A stretch of 64,000 bases of DNA. Source: Mytilus trossulus (Eukaryota). This document shows, in pieces, positions 1 through 13,900 of the stretch (position 1 is its first letter; every line of letters begins with the position of its first letter). The stretch is from the NCBI RefSeq assembly GCF_036588685.1, contig NC_086373.1, forward strand, positions 38,006,001 through 38,070,000, read 5' to 3'. The notes under the pieces are model-generated. The model did no database searches. It saw nothing but the letters and a program-made list of their open reading frames with translations, and was not told the origin of the DNA. The position numbers were made by a program, and so were the translations under genes.

Positions 1-430
1 ATTATGCTCATAGAAATAAGTTTTGTTTATCTCTTGAATAAACCTTGTATTTCAAATAATACACGATTAATTCATTTTGAAATCAGAAAAATCAATACGG
101 TCATGATTATAGAAATGCTTTTAAAAGAGAAAAACAGGGGTAAATGTAACTTTTTGTCTAATTTAATATATATGCTGTTCCCAGATATAAGTAAGTACGA
201 TACCACCAAATTGTTTTCCATATTTGGAATATAAGTTATAAATAGGGCTAAACATTATAAACCTGATATCCTTTCATACCCCGCACAGCTGCATCAAATT
301 GTGTAACCTGTTTTAATGGTTAATTAAATTCAAAAGTATAAATATACCAAAAATCAAACAAAAATCCCCGAGGAAAACCCTGAATATTACAATTTCAAAT
401 AAAGCATGTTTTGTATTTTTTTATTTATAG

Positions 431-675
431 GTTTTTGTATATGTTCAGGATACGGCGGTGTCCATTACCACACACCAGATGGTGCAGATCTACATTTTAT
501 GCGAACATCTAAATATAGCTTGTGGGAGTCTACATTTCCAAATGATCCGTGTTCATTCAGAGTCGAAACGAAAAACAAAAGAAGATATGGTTATTTGCTT
601 TCTTTCTATCCTCTGTTGATTGATTTATATATCATGAATACAACAATTAGTATACTGCAAAACGCTGTTACTATG
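431..675 (+). CDS. Exon: N-terminal half of VWD domain
   Basis: ttatttatAG acceptor; FCICSGYGGVHYHTPDG...KY...CSFRVETKNKRR...ISILQNAVTM matches the VWD pattern C-x-GDPHY-TFDG; donor ATG|gtaaat, phase 0. Confidence 0.8.
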
Positions 676-3600
676 GTAAATTTTGTTTGTTTGTTGATTA
701 TACCTGAATGTTATACCTTAATAATCAGTTGCACAAGACTTATTGATTGTATAGTTTATAACGCTCTCATGAAAAACGAGTTATCTAACGGTTAATTTTG
801 TTTTGTTTAATGTAACCTCCAACTTAAGGAAAAAAGTTGACTTTACTGATGTTCAAAAGTCATAACTAGACTGAGAAATAACAAACACGGGTTACAAACT
901 TAAACTGATGATATTATTTCTTTATAACAATAATGTTCAACTGAAGTTCTCATACCTTTTTACCGTTTAGGGAGTTGTTTCGTAAAATTCAACATTTAAG
1001 AAAAGAAATACATTCATGTAATGTCATCATAAAACAAAAAGACTTGAAAGGGTCAAACATAATTTTAAGAATTAACTAATTTCATTTTGAAAATTAAATG
1101 ATTTTAGGAAGTTAACTCTATTGAATCTATGGTATGAAACAAAAACAAAATATTTTTTACAAGGCAAGGATTGTCTCAGTTGTATATGAGAAAAAACAAA
1201 TGATTTTGTCATGTGATTGTGAATTACCAATTTTTTACTCTTTAAAAAGGGGGCAAAAGAAACTTAAGCAATATCCGCTTTCATCTTTGAAACATATATA
1301 TTCTATAACCAGTGGAAAAAACTAAGTTTGGAACTAAATTACACGAATGTCTGTACTATTAATGTTTCCGTCTTTTCGATATAACCACGAAAGTGTGGTA
1401 TACACTTTTAGATAACCCAATACGCGAGTTATTTAGTATGCACATATTACTGTCATTCATTAAATAAATATACAGATATGCATTGTCCTCATTTAAGATT
1501 GCAAAACCCCTATTCGAGAGAGATGTGTTCGAAACGAGCTCTGAAACTGTTTTTTTTTTGTTATTTTTTTTACCTTTTAATACACACAACTGCTTGTTGT
1601 TCTTCTACCTTAGGTAAATGGTATAGCCATAGAACTACCAACCGTATTGGTAAATAAATCAATGGAAATAACAAGAAGTGGGAGTTTCATCACAGCAGTT
1701 CATTCCAAATGTAACATACGGGTCCAGTTTGATGGTGATCACATGATCAATTTAAAGGTTTCTAAAAATACTTTTGCTGGAAAGTTAACTGGTCTTTGTG
1801 GGAACTGTAATGGGAATAAACAAGATGACTACCAAACCAAGTCCGTAACCGTTGTTTCTGAGAAGGAATGGGATGACAACAAAGTCATATCAAATAGTTT
1901 CAAAGATTCGGATGGTGGTGAACAACCATTAATTAAGTAAGAAAATGTACGAATAGAGCTTGTATTCCTTTCAGGGAATTTATATAATTTGACGTTTAGT
2001 ATCTTAATCATATTTAAGTAAAAAGTAGGATAAAAAAACGTTCTCCGAGAAAAATTGATAAAAGAAAGTCCCTAATCAAATATCAAAATCAAAACTTCAA
2101 ACATAACAACTGAATGGATAAAAACTGTCATACTGCTGAATTTGTATAGTAAACCATTCCTTTTAATTTATTGTTAGTCATAGCTGTATTAGTACTCGTT
2201 GGTGTAGAATTACATGGACTTTAATTACTTTACAAAACGATCACGTAAAAGATTTCAATCGCTGAAATAATTTAGAGATTATATTTTGATTTGATATTTT
2301 ACGAAGCAATTCAAAGCGATTGAAAAAGAGTTTATATATTTTTTGGATTGAATATTTTTATTAAGGTGGTATGGATGTCTTCCTTCATCTTGGATTGTAA
2401 AAAACAGAGAACCAATAGTCCAGATTTTCAATCTAGTTAGCAAAATTTGATGCAGGAATGTAGATATTTAATGTGAATTTACATTAAAATGAACCAATTC
2501 ATAAGAATATAACTTATAAATATTAAAATGTTTGCAAATGTTGATTAGTTTTGGTTGTTTAAAATAAATGAAATTAGCATTTTAAGGGGAGGTAACTCTA
2601 AAACAGTGCATTTTCTGAAGGATTCTATATGAAATTTTCCTATTTTGTATTTAAGCCGGAAAAAACGTACGGTGACCCTATCTTTTCTTTTGATATTCTC
2701 AAAGCAGTGTCTGAAAGCTATCTTTTCCTTAAGTATTTAACAATTCTCTCATGTTGTTTAATTTCTCATCAAAAAATGGTGTTTTTTCCTTTATATTCCA
2801 TACAAAATATGTAATTTTGTCACGTTCTGTAGCTTGAGGAAATGCACGGAGACCTATCATTTTTATTATATTTTTCAACATATACCAATAGTACTAGGTT
2901 TTGGCAAAGTATGAACAAATTCTATCATTTTTATTTTAGACTCCCATACCACCTTAAGGGGTCATATGATAAAGTTAGTAAATACCTTACATCGTGTTAA
3001 TGTTAAATCTTCTCAACAGTTTAGTTGGAGTTCATGACCAAAGTAAATGTTCAGTAAAAGACAAAGTTCGAGCTATGAAGGATGATCATTGCTGGTACCT
3101 TATGTCAGAATCCAGTCCATTTAAGATTTGTAAAGAATCAAAGAAAGTAGATTTTGCCAAGAAGTACTCTAGTTGTGAATTTGATGTTTGCTTCTCTGAT
3201 CACGAAAATTCCCATTGTCCAACATTACAGCATACAGCATATGAATGTAGTCAACATGGATATATGGTGAAATGGAGAAACTCAAATATTTGTCGTAAGT
3301 TTTTAACTGTTTTTAAACAATATTGTTTGCCAAAACAATTAATGACGTAGAGAGATATGTGCGTAACACCTCTGTACACAAGCTTTTTCATTTTATAGGC
3401 TCAAAATTTAAAGTGAATATTTCTTTTAATCAAATAGACCTGCTTAGAGACAGAAATTACCTTCATGTTGAAATGTCGCAATTGTCTTTGACCACAATGC
3501 CGTCATATTTTTCGAATATGACGTCACCAAATTTTTACTTACATACTAACATGGAGAACACAACAGTTGTCAAATAAAGAACAACATAATTATATTTACA

Positions 3601-6600
3601 TTTCCGTTGAAGCGTATATCATTTCCCTTTTGTAAATAGAGTAAGGGGTCTAGTTGTTTCAATCATTGTAGGTGGGCGATTTCTATCTATAAGGTAGCTG
3701 TATCTTCCGACTCTCATGTCTGTTTTATTTGTTTTCGTAACTTTTTACATTTCAAACCGTCAGTTTTCTCCCTTAGGCTTGAGAAAACGGTGATAGTCCA
3801 TCGGAAGAAGACGATAAATGTCTGACCCGTGTTAAGAGAGAGCCATATCTCTTGAACGTAAAAGACACCCTTGTAGATTTTGAAAAGAGCAGGCTAATGT
3901 CGCTACAAGGCAGCACTCGCACCCGCAAAGTGAGAGGGGAGTAATAAAAGTTACAAAACTTGTTTCCCAATCCACTATAAATAAATATGTTTAAACTAAA
4001 CTCATCTAATACATGTACAAATGAGACATGAACAAGGAAATTCAAACATGAACACAAATATATAAATTTATTTATATACTGAGTGCCAATGAAAACGCAC
4101 CACTTTGTTTTTCAAAAATAAAATTTATAATTACAAATCATAATTTTCAAAAGAACTTGTTCTTGAAAGTTAACAATTTTAACAATATATTGATGTCAAA
4201 CAAAAAGGTTTTATTGTTATCTTTCGGGCGCAATAGGTAAAAGAAACATCCAAGGTCGAATCATCAACCTACAGTCCTAACAAAAAGTGTTACAACCCCG
4301 TAGTGCACCGCAATCTAGACAGCGGCGTGGAATTGATCATCCGGGACGTTTAATGTGATCCCGAGGAAATTTATTCCACTTTTCCCGCAAAGCAAACTCA
4401 AGTAGACTTTATGATATTGTTGGTGGTTTTCATCGTTTAAACCATGTCAAATCTGATGCAAAATTTGGTTGATCGGACAAATATTCGGCGAAAGGCATGA
4501 ATTGTGGCCAAGGCGGATGCCAAATGTCTATGTAACCACCAATGACGGTTTTTGGTACATAATGAATGATTTTAGGTCTTCATAATTCGATATTTACGCC
4601 AGACGGCCGTTAAGATGGCACTAAGGAAAGATTGTGGTGCTCTTTAACAATTCCTGCGCACATGGTGCTTAACTGAAATTGCTCCAAAGGTTCTATCGTG
4701 ACCACCATTGTACACTCGTGACCTTTGGACAGCCATCAGAGTCGATATCGGATATCTTAAAGACCAAATGTATCGGTCTTGCTTAGCGTTTCTTGCTTTT
4801 TATACCTCGTTATCATTAACTGATCCATTTTGGTTGAATTTGTGGATGAGTTTGATTTTTGTAGAGGCTACAACATCAGTTTTCTCGTTATTGTATGCTG
4901 TGAAAGGCTTTATAGGATCATGCCCAAATCTGCGTGTCGCTGGTTGTCAGAAAGTCCTGGCATTTACTCAGATGTGTATTGCAGTTTCGTTACAATAAGG
5001 GCGGGAAAACTCATGACATTAAACAAGCTTTGAATGACAAATCTTGAAAATGGTGCGTATGTTGAAAAGCGGTGAACTCGGTTTATGTCCGTTCAAAATA
5101 ACCCTTACTTCACATTTGTTCCAAAAATTACCCAACCGTGAAGTTGCCGAAAATTGTTGTAAAAGTCATTTTCAACCAACTCTTCAAAGTTTTAATATAA
5201 ATAAAATAAAAACTATAAGATTTTTTTGAAAAACAAAAGTGTTGCGTTTTCATTGGCACTCAGTATACATGTATTTAAGCTAGCCTTTTTAGCTCACCTG
5301 GCCAAAAGGTCAAGTGAGCTTTTCTCATCACTTGGCGTCCGTCGTCGTCGTCGTCATCGTCATCGTCGTCGTCTGTCGTCGTTAACAATTTTTCAAACAT
5401 CTTCTCCTCTGAAACTACTGAATGGATTTAAATGAAACTTAGCATGACTGTTCCTTAGATTATTCTGCACAAAGTGTGTGCTTCGATTTTTGATCCGTCA
5501 AAAAACATGGCCGCCGTTACTTAAAATAGAACATAGGGGTCAAATGCATTTTTTGGCTTATATCTCAAAAACGAAAGCATTTAGAGCAAATCTGACATGG
5601 GGGGGGGGGGGGGGGGTGAAATGTTCATAAGGTCAAGATCTATCAGCCCTGAAATTTTTAGATGAATCAAACAAACCATTGTTGGGTTGCTGCCACTTAA
5701 TTGGTAATTTTAAGGAAATTTTGCAGTTTTTTGTCATTATCTTGAATATTATTATAGATAAAGATAAACTGTAAACAGCACAAATGATCAGCAAAGTAAG
5801 ATCTACAAATTAGTAAATATGACCAAAATTGTCAATCGACCCCTTAAGGGGTTATTGTCCTTTGATGACAATTTTTCACAATTTCTTCATCATATTTGCC
5901 AACTTTTAAAAAACTTCTCCTCTGAAACTACTGAATGGATTTGGATGAAACTTAGCACGATTGTTCCTTAGATTATCCTGCACAGAGTTTGTGCTTCGAT
6001 TTTTGATCCGTCAAAAAACATGGCCGCCGTTACTTAAAATAGAACATAGGGGTCAAATGCAGTTTTTTGGCTTATATCTCAAAAACGATAGCATTTAGAG
6101 CAAATCTGACATGGGGGGGAAAATGTTCATTAGGTCAAGATCTATCAGCCCTGAAATTTTCAGATGAATCAAACAAACCATTGTTGGGTTGCTGCCACTT
6201 AATTGGTAATTTTAAGGAAATTTTGCAGTTTTTGGTCATTATCTTGAATATTATTATAGATAAAAATAAACTGTAAACAGCAAAAATGATCAGCAAAGTA
6301 AGATCTACAAAAACGTTATATGACCAAAATTGTCAATTGACCCCTAAGGGGTTATTGTCCTTTAATGACAATTTTTCACAATTTGTTCATCATATTTGCT
6401 AACTTTAAAAAATCTTCTCCTCTGAAACTACTGAATGGATTTGGATGAAACTTATCATGATTGTTTCTTAAATTATCCTGCACAAAGTTTGTGCTTCGAT
6501 TTTTGATCCGTCAAAAAACTTGGCCGCCGTTACTTAAAATAGAACATAGGGGTCAAATGCAGATTTTGGCTTATATCTCAAAAACGAAAGCATTTAGAGC

Positions 6601-9600
6601 AAATCTGACATGGGGGGGGGGGGGGGGGGTGAAATGTTCATTAGGTCAAGATCTATCAGCCCTGAAATTTTCAGATGAATCAAACAAACCATTTTTGGGT
6701 TGCTGCCACTTAATTGGTAATTTTAAGGAAATTTTGCAGTTTTTGGTCATTATCTTGAATATTATTATAGATAAAGATAAACTGTTAACAGCAAAAATGA
6801 TCAGCAAAGTAAGATCTACAAATAAGTTAATATGACCAAAATTGTCAATTGATCCATTAAGGGGTAATTGTCCTTTGATGACAATTTTTCACAATCTGTT
6901 CATCATATTTGCTAACTTTAAAAAATCTTCTCCTCTGAAACTACTGAATGGATTTGGATGAAACTTAGCATGATTGTTCCTTAGATTATCCTGCACAAAG
7001 TTTGTGCTTCGATTTTTGATCCGTCAAAAAACATGGCCGCCGTTACTTAAAATAGAACATTGGGCTCAAATGCAGTTTTTGGCTTATATCTCAAAAACTC
7101 CAGCATTTAGAGCAAATAAGACAAGAAGTTAAAGTATTTATTAGGTCAAGGTCTACCTGTTCTGAAATTTTCAGCCGAATTGGGTAACTTGTTTTTCAGG
7201 TATAATGCCCCTGAATTGATGATTTTAAAGAAATTTTGCAGTTTTTGGTTATTATCTTGAATATTACTATAGATACACATAAACTGTTATAGCAAAAATG
7301 TTAAGCAAAGTAAGATCTACAAATAAGTCAATTTGACCAAAATTGTCAAATGACCCCTTAAGGAGTTATTGCCCTTTAAAGATTTTTTTTCACAATTTGT
7401 TCATCATGTTGACTTACTTTTAAAAATCTTCTCCTTTGAAACTGCTGTATCAATTTCAGCCAAACTTAGGCTAAATGAGTTTCACAGTATCTAGTATGAA
7501 TTTTATATTTCATTTCCTTGTATGTCAAGAAACATAGCTCCCTCCTATGGCTTAAATAGAACATAGGAGAAAATGTTGTTTTTTTTTGCTTGTGAAGAAA
7601 ATAGGACGATTCAAAGAACATTTAGATAAATTGAAAAGCCAAAATAATCATTGATGAGAGATTTAACCAAAAAAATTAAGGTGAGCGATTCAGGCTCTTG
7701 AGAGCCTCTTGTTAAAATGAAATTTCGATCGCATAGCTTATTCCCCCACACTCAGAGAATTCTTACTATACGCATTAGATGAACATGTTATGCTTACAAA
7801 TTATCAACTAATAATAAAAATCTACCATGCATATTACAGCCCTTAATTGCACAGGGGAGTTTGTGTATAATACACCCGTTTCATGTACCAATACCTGTGA
7901 GAACCCAAGATCCACACAGAATTGTCAAGATCCACCTGTTGACGGCTGCACATGTCCAGATAAAACATATTTGAATGGCGGTAAATGTGTTACTATTGAC
8001 AATTGTGGATCCTGTGATCTAAAAATTGAAGGCATATCATCAAAATTAGCAGTAAGTGTTACTTTAATTAGTGTTTTTAATCAATTGAAAATTAAGATAC
8101 GTATGAACAAAACCTGCATTGATATATGTAGGTCTTATTCTAATAACTTAACGTTTGCCCTTGAAGTTAATGGTAATAAGTGAATATTTTTTCATATCAT
8201 AAAAGAGAAAACATTTTTTAAATTTCTCGTTTGCCATATATGTTACATGTGAAGCCGGATCTACCTACTCTCCCGGGCACCTGAGAACATCCCGGTTTTG
8301 GCTGTGTTATGTTGCTCAGTCTTTACTTGCTGTGTTTAATGTCTTTTTTCATATTTTGTCATGTTATTGTTATATTGTTTTCGACTTACAATGTATGAGC
8401 TTAAATATCCCTTTGGTATCTTTCGACTCTTTTTTGTCGTTTGTTTATGTCTGTCATAATTGTTTTCGTAACTTTTTTATAATTTAAGTTTTCGCTCTTA
8501 AAGTGCTTCCCATTTTGTTCATGTGCATTGCAATACACCTGAAAACAAAAACAAAAATATTTGTAAATAAATAAAGGCAACAGTAGTATACCGCTGTTCA
8601 AAACTCATAAAGTTGAAATAACTGTTCCATTAATAAAACGTATTAAATTCAAATATACTTTCTGATTGGGTACACATGCATACGGAGTTGATGAACTATG
8701 GTCTAAATTATACCGAAAAATAGGTTTACTTGTAATTACGTTCATTGTAAATCCTGGTATTGACATACCATATGTTTTCATTTATCAATAATTAATGCGG
8801 ATGTTCAATGAATCCCTTGAAACAGAAATTTCGAAAAATTCTGCCAATTAAATTGGAAAATATGATAATTGTTTCAAACATTGTAGGTAGGCGATTCCTA
8901 TCCAAAAGGTAACTGCACTGTGTCTCAAAAGTGTGACATAGTAAATAACAGCTTCCTATTAGTAACTATTCAACCGGTGAAAATCTGTGATGTTGATGAA
9001 TTGTGTACAGCAAACGACATTGGACTATATGATTGTACTAAGAATTCTAGTAAGTTTATTTTATTCAATTTTACAATCAGCTCTCAGTCTTCAAAGACAC
9101 TAATCTAATGAATTGACTTCATCAAAAAGTAAAATCACAAAAATACTGAACTCCGAGGAAAATTCAATCGGAAAGTCCCTAATCACATGGCAAAATCAAA
9201 TGACAAAACACAAAACAAATGGACAACAATTGTCATATTCCTGACTTGGTACAAGCAAATGGTTCCATAACGCTAAACCTCTCACGTGTACGACAGTTGC
9301 ATCAAATTTGATAAAATTGATAATGATGCGTGAACAAAACAAACAGACACAATAGGTAAAAATGTCACAAATAAAGGTAAAAAGTCTTTATCTTAAGCCA
9401 TATACAAATATAATATACAAATATAATACACGTTAAACACTTAAACAGAGAAAGACAAAGACTTTTACTAACACTTTTGTATCACATATTTGCCAACAGG
9501 CACTCAAATCAAAACAAGGAATACAATAAGTAGGTACGTTATAGTCAGCATATTATAATAATTATTATTACGCATGCAATCATATTGTTTAAGTTTCAAG

Positions 9601-10957
9601 TAAAAGCTATGAAACAAAATTATTCCAAAACATAAAGACAGTGAGCTAAGAAATGGATAAAGTAGTCTAAACTAGAAATGTGACAAACGGTTAATTAAGA
9701 ATAAGAGTTGTTGACCAATTGGTTTTCTAGACATAATATCTGTGCTGCAAATAATTTGACAGATGAAAAAAACACCTTAATCTTCTGATTGAGAGACTAT
9801 TAAAATAATAAAAAAAAAATAGAATTACAAATTTTGACCACATAAATACTAAGTATATTTAATTCTGAAAAATATTTTCGGTAAAAAGACACATCTATAA
9901 TACTAAAATTACGAGGTCCAATTTGTCAGCCGTCATCACGTGAAAACGACGAATCAAAGAATTCAACTTTATATACAACTTATATAGTACAAAGGTGTAG
10001 ATTAAAAATTACACCACTCCAGGCCCTTTTGTTTTCCACGTAATTAATATTGCTAATAATTAAGAAGTTCCAGGTCGAGTCCGATACCGATACCAATAGT
10101 ATAATCACCTGTTACTTATTACCTTATCTGTACGTTCTGCATCTGACAGGGGCACCGCCAAATAGTGTATGCAGGATTAATATGCTATATAAACGGGTCA
10201 TAATCACAGGGTTGACACTACTAAATTGTCAAATTGTTACCTATTGTAGTATTTTAATCAGTAAGACTTTCTAAGATAACAATACGAATACTAAAAATCT
10301 GGGCTAAAAATAAGGCGTATAGATATAGTTTTCAATTTGTTAGCGGGCATGAGTGACGTAAAACAGCGAATCAAAGAATTCAACTTAATATATAACTAAT
10401 ATAGGACAATGCTGTTGATTAAAAAATACTCCATTCCAGGACCTTTTGTTTTCCAAATAATTAGTATTCATCATGACCAATAATTGATAAGTTCCAGTTC
10501 GACGGGTTCAAACAGAAAGATTGGAAAGCAGAGAAAACTGTGTATCTTATAATCGGCATGATTTTATCAGATGACAATACTAATATTAAAGTAAAGCGCA
10601 TAGTTATATACTTTAATTCAGTCACGGACCCGCGATGGCACGGGTATGTTCTAATATCATATATAAGCCAGGCGGCATGTTTTATCCTATTTCAGGATTG
10701 ATTGGTGTCTGATTAGAAGATGAAAGCATACATATCAATCGTTAACCGAATTTTAGTTAAATCCTGTTAGTATCATTAAGTTGAAAAAATATAAGTTATT
10801 CTGAGAAAAGTGTACTGGACGCATAATATTTATTTATATTAAATGTAATTTTGATTCACATACACCACGGAATTTATATTTACTGCAACAAATGTGCATA
10901 TGTGCATATAAAGTATTTTAAAAAGGTTTCTTTCATCATATTGGCAATAGTCGATTG

Positions 10958-10992
<35 letters not shown>

Positions 10993-13900
10993 TGAAAGCA
11001 GTACATTTGGTAATAAAGAAAACATCGAATACCGGTACCTTATCCCGGCCTCGTTAATGTTAGCAATATAGCATTCAAATATATATTTGTTAGTATTTGT
11101 TAGTTCAAATTACAAAAAAAAATATATCAGCTGTAGTAAAAATATAATTTTTCATTTGCCTTTAAATAAAATAACATACTAAAAATTCTAAAATAAGGAC
11201 CACAAATAAATTATTATTTTAACAAACATACATGTACAGATATTCTAAGTTTTTATAGTTTTTTAAGAATGGAAATTTTGAGGAAAAATAAGTTAAATTA
11301 ACAAAATTTTAAATAATAAAAAAGGAAAAAATTATTACAGAAAAAAAAGAAACTAAAAAGAATATAATGTTCTGATGAATATTTTTGATGTTACGTTTTT
11401 GTAAGTTCACAAATTAATATTCTATCATGTTTTTCACACATGCATTATAATAATAGGACTTTAATTACAATCGAACAAATAAGTAAATTGAATCCTCAAT
11501 TTATTGAAAATAAGTTGATTGTTTCTTGCTGATATTCACTTCTCAAAGTTATAAAGATATTTCAGTATTTTCTTCACAGCTGTAATTGATATAACTTTCT
11601 GGATATATCTTGTATTATAAATTAATATCGATTGTAGGGACATTTGAAATAGTTGTCCTCACCTCATTATCCGTAATTACTAACTATTGTAACAATGAAA
11701 GAAAACAGTCCAATTTGGGACATAATATAGTATTTGGTCCGAATACAAAGATATCGTCTTTTTGGATGTCGATGTCCACGAATATAGTTCCCAGTGTGGA
11801 CAGTGTGTTGCTTGTCAATTTTTGTATTCGCCTTTCAAATGCATTTCTTCATGTTTTATGTCTCAAATAGCAAGTAGGGGCTGAAATTACACTGTAAAAC
11901 CATTTCGGTCCTGAATTTTAAAGTAAAGTAGTGCTTTGGTCTAGCTGAAGAAGGTTAAAAATTAGAACATCGGAAGTTGTCAACAGATTGTATGACCCCC
12001 TTTACATAGAATTGTCCATATTTTGAGTTAGACAGGATCAAGTAATCTATAATCTTTTCCAAAAGTAGTACAACAAACTGTTAAGATATTATTCATAAAG
12101 CGCAGATGTTATTTTTTTATTTTCATTTATTTTCTTAAAGAAATGCAGTACGAAATAACCGTGTACGCATACCCTTTTGATGCCGTTGTTGTTTTTTATT
12201 AAAAATTAGTACATGCATTGCATACAAATTACTTCTATGTGATAAATAAAGATATTTTGTATTGCAATTTTTAAATTGTTATGTAAAAAATGATTTTATG
12301 CATCCCTTTAGAAGGTTTGACACATAGTCTCTTTTGAACAGCGTACGAACAAAGCCCGAAATCTTGCTGAAAGGTAATATAAGTCATGTTTATGTAAAAT
12401 TGTCTCTTGATTAATTTGATTTGATTTCTTTTAACAATGACCTCACATTCCATTATCTTTTCAGATTTACTGAATGTTACTATTTCTCCAGCTTATACTG
12501 ATGTCCTTGAGGGACAATCTCAGTTAATCACATGTAATGTAACTGGAATACCGACAGCTACGTCCATTACATGGTTGTTCACACCATCTGGTTCTAATCA
12601 GTCAAATTCCTTAAACATAAGCAATGCAGATGAATATTCCGGTGGCACCATTCGGAATCCTTCCTTAACGGTACTAGATTTTCGATTGTCTGATGGCGGT
12701 ACATATGAATGTTTTGCTACAAATGCTGTTGGAACAAGCAACAGCTCATCTTTAGTTCTTAGATTCATTCGTGAGTATATATATTAAATGTCAATGTAAA
12801 GTGCTATATCAAATTCATATGTCGTAAAGAAAAGGATTTTACTTTGAACTCATTTCAGAAATCTCAATATATTTGGTTTGTTTGTTTCTTTTATCGTCTC
12901 ACCATTACACATCATGTTAGAGAGAGACATTATGACTTACATTAAGTGATCATTTTTATCTTTCAATCTAAAGATACAAAAATGATGATTAAAGATTCTC
13001 GTTCCCAAAGACATTCCGATAGAAACAACCAAAGAAGATTCGATAGAAACATTTTTCAAAGATTATAACAGGTGGAAAAATCCAGATAAATTTCAGTATT
13101 AACATATTTGAAGTTGTTTACCAAATTTAATGACAATAATAAAACTGCAAATTTAAACATTTTTTTTGTTCTGAGTTCTGAATTCATTTTAAAGGGAATT
13201 CCAGTGAAAGTTTTACATATTCTTTCTATTTTTTAGAGCACCTAACAATATCAGCAAACCCGTCAAATGGCACTTCTATTTACGGAGACGTCTCGTACAC
13301 GATTGAGTGTACTATAAGTGGCATTCCCCAGGCTACATCATGGTCTTGGTCAAAGAGACTCACCACAGGCGGCGAATTGACAACAATATCTGCTGGAAGC
13401 AAATATACTATAGTAAATTCTGCCACTCTTCCGCATTTAACTATCAACAGTATAGTGGAGGATGACGAACAGGACTATTTTTGTCAAGGGACCAATGATG
13501 CAGGATCACAAATCAGTATACACGCAAGGCTTATTGTTAATGGAGGTCAGTTCTTAGTTTCAGCTGATCAAGTATGTTAGAAATAGATTGTAAAAACACT
13601 GGAAGCAGTTGTCCTCACCTCATTTTTCGTATTTGCTAGCTATTGTAACAATGGAAGAAAAACAGTCCAATTTGGGACATAATATAGTATTTGGTCTGAA
13701 AACAAAGTTATCGTCCTTTTGGATTTTGTTGTCCACGAATATAGTTCCTAGTGTGGACAGTGTGCTGCTTGTCAATTTTTTTTATACGCCTTTCAAATGC
13801 ATTTCTTCATGTTTTATGTCTCAAATAGCAAGTAAGGGCTGAAATTACACTGTAAAACCATTTCGGTCCTAATTTTTAAAGTAAAGTAGTGATTTGGTCT

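Noticed and set aside
6067-6835. Repeated ORFs in the 500-bp tandem repeat
   Set aside because: Frame depends on poly-G length; non-coding Helentron interior.
11570-11650. Possible extra exon between the Cys-rich exon and A1 (cacAG at 11578-11579)
   Set aside because: The phase-1 frame closes within ~13 codons and no good donor follows.
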